The translations under genes and the position numbers were made by a program. 64,000 bases of DNA from the human T2T-CHM13v2.0 reference genome, Homo sapiens: the NCBI RefSeq assembly GCF_009914755.1, contig NC_060937.1; one strand, given 5' to 3'. Positions within the stretch are counted from its first letter, which is position 1. The number at the start of each line of letters is the position of its first letter. The notes below the pieces were generated by a model, which had not been told where the DNA came from, did no database searches, and was given only the letters and a program-made list of their open reading frames with translations. This document shows positions 57,301 through 64,000 of this stretch, piece after piece.

Positions 57301-60300
57301 CTTTTTTGATTGTAAGCTTTTTTCTTCTGCCATGTTTGAGTATGTAATTTCATGCATTTGCTAGTATCTGATTTTAGTTACAGGCCTGAAGACAATAAGA
57401 GAGTTCTTGAGTAGAGAATATGGGAAGAATTGAATTCTCTGCAAGAAACTGCTTTGATCAAATAGTTTTAGGATTCTTTAGTAAGGCAGGAATAGTCACA
57501 TCAGACATGCCTTAGCTGAAAATAGGGGTTGACTTGGAGTCTTGTTATTTGGTATATTTTAAAACACCCAAATCTTTCAGTATGTCTTTATACCTACACT
57601 CGCTGCTTTATTATTTCCTTATCAAAGCTCTGTCACATTTGATGCATTTTCAGATTGTTAATTCAACCTACATAAATTGTAAACCCTTAGGATAAAGCTT
57701 TTAGTTTGATTTTCATCTGTCTCAGCCTACAGGCAAAAAGAAATGAGAGATGCTTAAAATCCTTGGTTGTCTGTCTTAGTTTTGAGCTGAGAATTTAGGA
57801 CCTTGAGCTTGTCATGCATTTTCTTCAAGTTATACAGAAAAAAATAAAAGAAACCAGCCCACCCTAGAGCTTTGAATTACTTATATGCTTCATTTTGTTC
57901 TAAGATGTGACTTAATCTCTCAAATTCTCCTCGTTAATACACATTTTATTCTAGGTAACCACAGGTAATAGTTTAATTAGCTATTTTGCCACTGAGCACC
58001 ACAAGCTGCTGGAATTCTATGTTTTAATTCAACATAAATATGCTCTGCCGTTAGCCACAAACAGACTAGATAATAAATAGCAACTACCTATAGCATGCCT
58101 AACATTTTCTTGCCTACATTAATTCAGTTTATCATTTTTATGTCAATGATCTTAGTTGTAAATAACCACAATCCACTCTGTGTGATTAAACAAATAGTTC
58201 ATTAAACACACATTGAGAAATTAAAAAAAAAGTGTTGAGATCTGAAGATGTAAGATCTATGCTGATTCCAAAAATATGTGTTCCCTGAAATGAGATATTC
58301 CAATTTTACAATGGTACTGTAATTTCAAACACTCCTGTGTCAGAAAATTGACCCAGTGGCCACCTAAACAACTGTCACACACATAGACAGAGAGCAAGAG
58401 AGAATACAATTTCCATAAAAACATTTATAATTCTGGAGAGTAAAAATGACTGAAAACTGTTCACCACACAGATAATCCTTGTTTATTTTTCAAATTTAAG
58501 TCTTAATCCGGAAAAAAATGCTTATGAGTTTGGTAGATGTTTGATGGCCTTGTTGGAAGATCCAATTTAGATTAAGAGAGTGGGGAATACTCTATTAATA
58601 GAACTCCCCTACAGTGGAGGGGAGCTATTGGTAGAATACAGATGTAGAAGCTATGATTGCTATTGTCTGCCTGTTTGAGGTGCAAGGGAAGCAAATGAAG
58701 AAGGATTGGCAAGGATGATCTACTATTTCATAGATATATTTTAATATAATCCTTGTTTTCTGCTCTACTCAATACCACTCTCATTCAAATCTCACCTAAG
58801 ATTTCTAAGCTCCAAACCTCTCTACACATCTGCAGGCTTCCTGGGCTGTCTTTTGAAGTGAGTCTCCCTGTATGCATAATTGTGATCATACTCATCTCAC
58901 TGTATTTATAGTGGGGCTTTGGTAAGCTTGTATTCCACTCTGTCATCTTGATCCAGAGGAAAAATACATATATAGTTAACAATCTAAAATGCAGTTGAAA
59001 AATGTAAATCATTTTTATAAGCAAGAAAGACACAATGAAGAAAAACAAATCAATAATGAGCAATTTGTAATAGATTACCCTATATTTCTAGTTTTTATGT
59101 CTTGTACCAGCATGTAAAAATTTTTCTTTTAGACTTTGAATTGCCATAATGATTACATACTATAAATACTTTCAGGTCTAAAAAGTGTTGTTCTTTTTGG
59201 GAAAATATGTTGCTATTATCATTTTAAGCTACTTATCCTACACTAAAATTGACCACAGATGACACTGGGGTCAATTTGGGTCACCTTTTGTTTTAGGTGA
59301 AAGGGATCAAATTAACCTATGACATAAATATCAAGACAATGGTTGGCTATCCACAATTTGTTTATTTTTAAGATTGCCAGTAATGTTAATAATAAATTAT
59401 AATCTTGTATTTCCTCACAAAATTTTATGAGTTTGTTCAAATAATAATTTAAAACACCCTTTACCTTCTAAATATTGACTTTTAAATTATTATTCAAGTC
59501 ATCTGTTTCTTCACATTCATTTTCTAAACTTAATAAACTTCATTTACCTCTCATTTGATATGTTAAAACGCACAGTAGTTTTCAGGTTTTTCTGCAAGTT
59601 ACCCATTAAAAGATAATTTTACATCATATGTTTAGGATTCACTTACATGTATGTAGAAATGAATATATTTAGTCATACTGATTTATCTGTCAATCTTTTA
59701 AATTACATATGCATACAAAATTTTAATTGCATATATTATGTCCGGTATTTTAAAGTTTTTTTTTCCTTTCCATGCTGGCAGGATATTTAAGAGAATTTTA
59801 AGTGTTAAAATATTATGAATCATAGTATACATCGTAGTTTATCAGGTTTTCTAACTCATCATCTTTCACTCTGATAAGGTATTCCCTAAGGAATATTCCA
59901 ACTAGAGAGCTTTTTCTTATTGACAAGATTTTGTCTTTACTTTATATGTTCACTTTTAACTCTAGAGAATATTAAAATAATCAATGAACTCTACAATTTC
60001 CTAACAGGTAGGAAATTTGCTACTGAGAACTATCACTCTGAACACGAGTTTTTCATTTTGGTAAATTACTTGTATGATTTGAATTAGTTACAATTTTTCT
60101 CCACAGGTTACACTAGGAAAAAAAAAACAAGTATACATAAGGGATCCCTATGCTTTATTTGCTTTCAAAAGAGACTGTAATCACATATACTCATTTTATC
60201 CTGGGTAAAACTAAAATTCCTATCAATATATAGATTTCTTTGATCATTTTCATTTTGCTTAGTCCTCAACACAGCTCATCTGCACTGAGGCCTTTAGTAA

Positions 60301-60329
60301 AATGATTTAACCAATCTCACTTTATCTAA

Positions 60330-60785
60330 TCCTTCCAACCAAAAATAAGATGTCCAGGTGTGCATAAACACTAGCACACATCTCTAGAGAACTTTATAAA
60401 ATAGATCCCTCACTTCTCCTTGAACAATTATCAGACTCCCTTTTCTAAGAGATCTTTCTCTTCATTTTGCCCTTTTCCCATCAGGGCCATTCTTATTCAC
60501 TCACTTACTGGCTCATTTTTTTTTTTCACAGAATCTCTTAAATACTAGTGTAGCTCAATATTCTCTCTTCAACATCTTTCTCTAGTTACCTCTAAATGTA
60601 TTTTCATATCCACTAGTGTGTTTTATACTATGAATTTTTAGCTAATAATTTTGAAGTACCTGTTGCAATATCTGGGCTTTATTGTGTTTTCAAGCCAGCT
60701 ATTCAATGACCTACTGAATATCCCCACTGTGACATCCAAGAAGCACCTCAACTCAACACATTCAAAACAGAACTCTGAATACCAG
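60330..60785 (+). mobile_element. L2 fragment
   Basis: attcaatgacctactgaatatccccactgtgacatccaagaagcacctcaactcaacacattcaaaacagaactc. Confidence 0.7.
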
Positions 60786-61399
60786 TGTCACTGTCTGACT
60801 TTGTATTATCTGAGTTTTTTGGGTCAGGAATTTCTATATTATTAGGCAATGCTGCTAAAATTATCTAGTTACCATCCCCAGTCCTCTAAGAGGCTTATAA
60901 TGATGTATCTGGACTGTGTGAGGAATATGGGAATGATACGGTCTCTGGGGAATAGACTAATGTGTGGCCAATATGGACTAACATACACATAATATGCCAG
61001 TGGTACTAAATGCATTCCAGAGAAAGTGTGACCAGAGACTGGTTAGAGAACATTCTGATTTCACCGTATGCCCTCACTATGTCCTCTCTTTGCATTTATT
61101 GCCAGATTCAGGGTAAACACATGCTTCCCAAGGATGTATAGGTAGAATAAGAAAAAAAAATAAGACTAGTTATAATATTAATAAAAGGCCTTTTGAAATT
61201 TTTTGGGAAAAAGACATTGAATATTATGACTTAAGTTTAAGAAAATAAGAAAACATACAATAGCTTTACATCACTTTCACTTAGAAATGTCTATTTCCAA
61301 AAAAGACTGTGGACAGGAATGAGTATAAATGAAAGTTTTGGCAGATGTGTGGAGCTTAAAGTGATAAAAATTGGATTTTAATGTCCAAAAGAAAAGGAT

Positions 61400-63823
61400 T
61401 TGATAAACCCTAATATTTTGGATTAGAAATCCCAAAGGGTTCTACTACAAGAGTAAAGGTAAATCAAAAAGGACTATCTTTCACAGGAACTGATATCAAG
61501 CATAAAGTTATCACAAACTCTCTTTAGAATATGGCCAGGACCATTACTTCCATTGCCTACTTTCTGGAAGTATACATACATATCACAGTAATATCATAAG
61601 TACACTCTAAGTCACAAATTATCTTTAAAATCTTTCACAAACAATTATCAGCACATATTCAATATCTAACACATTGCATAGTAAAAACAAAAAAAGAGAT
61701 CAGTGGGATCATTGATCTTGGGATTTTAAGAAATAAATTCTAAAATATTTGTGTTTATTACTTGAAACTTTCAGCATATATTCAGAAACAACTAAGATTA
61801 GAAAGAGCTATACAGAAAAAATTAAATTAAATTTCCGTATAAAATAATAATATAATGATAAAATAAGTGAAACTAAGAATAGGAGTTAACAAACCTATAG
61901 TAATAATGAAATACAACTAGAATATAATTAGTGAAATTAATTTGAAATTTTCAACAATGGAGCTTCAGAAGGAGAAAAGGAAAAAAAATAAGGCACAAAC
62001 AATCTTTTAAGAAAAAGAATCAGATAATTTTCTAAAACATGAAGTTTTTTATATTATTTTAGAGGCACTATAAACTTTCAGCAGGAAACCTATGAGAAAA
62101 TAACTCAGAATATCATAGCAAGACTTTTGTCATTCACAGTGGAAGAGAAAAGTCTCAAGAAAAGTCTTGCTGCTTTTGAAGCAGCAAGAAGATGATACAT
62201 TATCCCCAGGTAAATAAAAATAAGTCTAACATGTGACTTCTCAATGGAAACAATATGAGTCAAATGATCATGGTATATTTTCAAAGGGCTAAAACAAGTA
62301 CCAATCTAGATTCTAGATCCACTGAATAAACATGAAATTTAAAAAAGAAGACAAATACTGTGAGAGTATGTCTAAACTAAGGAAGCATTGAATGCCTTTC
62401 TTGAGATAGAGAGAATATTATCACTGATGGAAACTAGTAGCTACAGACTGAAGAGTAAAAACAGTAAATTCTGTAAGTGAATATAAATGAGCATTGAAGC
62501 ATCGACTACATAATATATTAGCAATATATTATGGAGTTTTAATATATAAAGAAAATTTAAATGTTTTAGTTTCTGTGATTTAGGAAAGGTAAAGTTATAC
62601 TAAGCAAACAATGCCCAACAGAAAGTAGATAACGCTATATTAATTTCTGACAAATTAGACTTTAAGAAGAAACTACTATATATACTTTTGCATGTGTGTG
62701 TATATGTATAATACATCTCGTATATATATATATACATATGTACTATATATATTCAGACTATTACACAGGAATAATTAGATATTTTAACAAACTTTTCTCA
62801 GAAACTGATAGAACAAATAGGATCAAAAACTTTGAGGATACATTTTATATAAAAAGCCATATAAACAAAATCATGATAACTGGGACTTATAAGAAACTGC
62901 ATCTGACAACTGCATAATGCATATTGTCATCATGTACACATAGAGCATTTACACAAATTGACTGTAAGATGGACCTTAAAGGAGTTTTCAAAATATTCAA
63001 AGAATTGAAGTCATGCAAAGAATATTATTTGACCACGATGGAATCAATCTAAAAACCAATTTAAAAAGATATGAAGAAGATCCCCATGTCTTTCAAAAAT
63101 AACTAATACACTTACAAATATCACAGTAATGAAGAGAAAACTACAGTGAGTATTGGAAAATATTTTGAACTGAAAGAAAAAAAATACCTCACATTTGTGA
63201 GATTCAGCTAAAGCCAGGCTCAGATGGCAATTTGTGGGCTTAGCCAAATAGATGAAAAAAAGGTTAAAAATCAAGGAGAAAATAATTACTTAAGAAATTC
63301 TCAAAATCAAAGAAAATTAAAATTTAGAAATAACATAACAGTATTTGTAAAAATTCATAAAATGTAAGAACAAATCAGAAGTGGAAAAAATCTTGAAACC
63401 AACATTTCAGTGGTTAAAATTCTTAATAAATGATATAGAGCTGGCAAGTTCATCAAGGAAAAAATAATGCAGACACAAATAACTAACATTATATGTGAGA
63501 AAAAATTGACACTACTAGAAATCCTAATGGCCGTCAAAGTGCATAAGATAATTATATACATATTTTTCACATTACCTTGAAGTTTTTTAATAAAACGAGC
63601 AAATTCCTAGAAAAATACACTAACTAGATAGAATTGACACAGAAATCAATTCATTCTCAAAAAGATTTCTACAGGAAAAACATCAGTCCCCTATGGCTTC
63701 ATTGTTGAATTTTACAAAAAGTTAAAAGTGGATATATATGCCAATCTTAACCTGAATTAAAGAAAATGGAAAAATATAAGTACTGGTTAACTTATTTTTT
63801 TGACTTCATTATAACAATTGTAC
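61400..63823 (+). mobile_element. Very old L1 (L1ME/L1M5-type) ORF1 and 5' ORF2 remnants
   Basis: ORF1-like cagaaggagaaaagg...gataattttctaaaac; EN-like ctatattaatttctgacaaattagactttaag, gaattgaagtcatgcaaagaatattatttgaccacgatggaatcaatcta; caaattcctagaaaaatacac; tatggcttcattgttgaattttac. Confidence 0.75.
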
Positions 63824-64000
63824 TATGATGGGTAATTTTATGTATCAACTTTACTGGACTATGGGGTGCCCAGATATTTCGTCAAATATTACTCTATGTG
63901 TTTCTGTAAGGACATCTTTGAATGAGATTAATATTTAAATCGGTAGAGTGGAGAGGAGATTGCCATTTATTGATTAGAGTGAGACTCATCCAACCAGTTA
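63824..64000 (+). mobile_element. MLT2 (MLT2B-like) LTR, 5' part, runs off the window
   Basis: tatgatgggtaattttatgtatcaactttactggactatggggtgcccagatatttcgtcaaatattactct. Confidence 0.85.

Noticed and set aside
59246-59277. Hairpin aaattgaccacag / ctggggtcaattt (12/13)
   Set aside because: Short and imperfect; compatible with chance in 64 kb.

Overview
AT-rich, repeat-dense primate (human-like) genomic DNA, consistent with an intergenic region or large intron. I find no credible protein-coding exon, RNA gene or CpG island. The recognisable ORFs are pieces of Alu, L1, MaLR/ERV LTRs or ERVL, and the rest are short, low-complexity chance ORFs. Main content: a degraded L1MA-type LINE (about 6.3-13.3 kb) carrying five nested younger insertions; an MSTA provirus-like element (16.4-19.0 kb); an HSMAR2 mariner remnant; a twin-primed (5'-inverted) L1PB; a TSD-bounded L1PA8/10-type LINE (32.8-39.7 kb) interrupted by a solo LTR12 (ERV9); an LTR1/27/28-type LTR; an ancient ERVL internal region with recognisable RT and integrase motifs (53-57 kb); and an old L1ME. 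The most unusual feature is a 448-bp, about 99%-identical, non-tandem copy of unique sequence (14656-15103) pasted into an L1MB 3' UTR (13316-13763) through an 11-bp microhomology, which looks like a recent templated insertion. I do not see evidence of a new multi-gene biological system. The findings are DNA-repair and retrotransposition scars and candidate regulatory elements. Subfamily names come from my recall of consensus sequences and need RepeatMasker/Dfam confirmation. Boundaries of old repeats are approximate.
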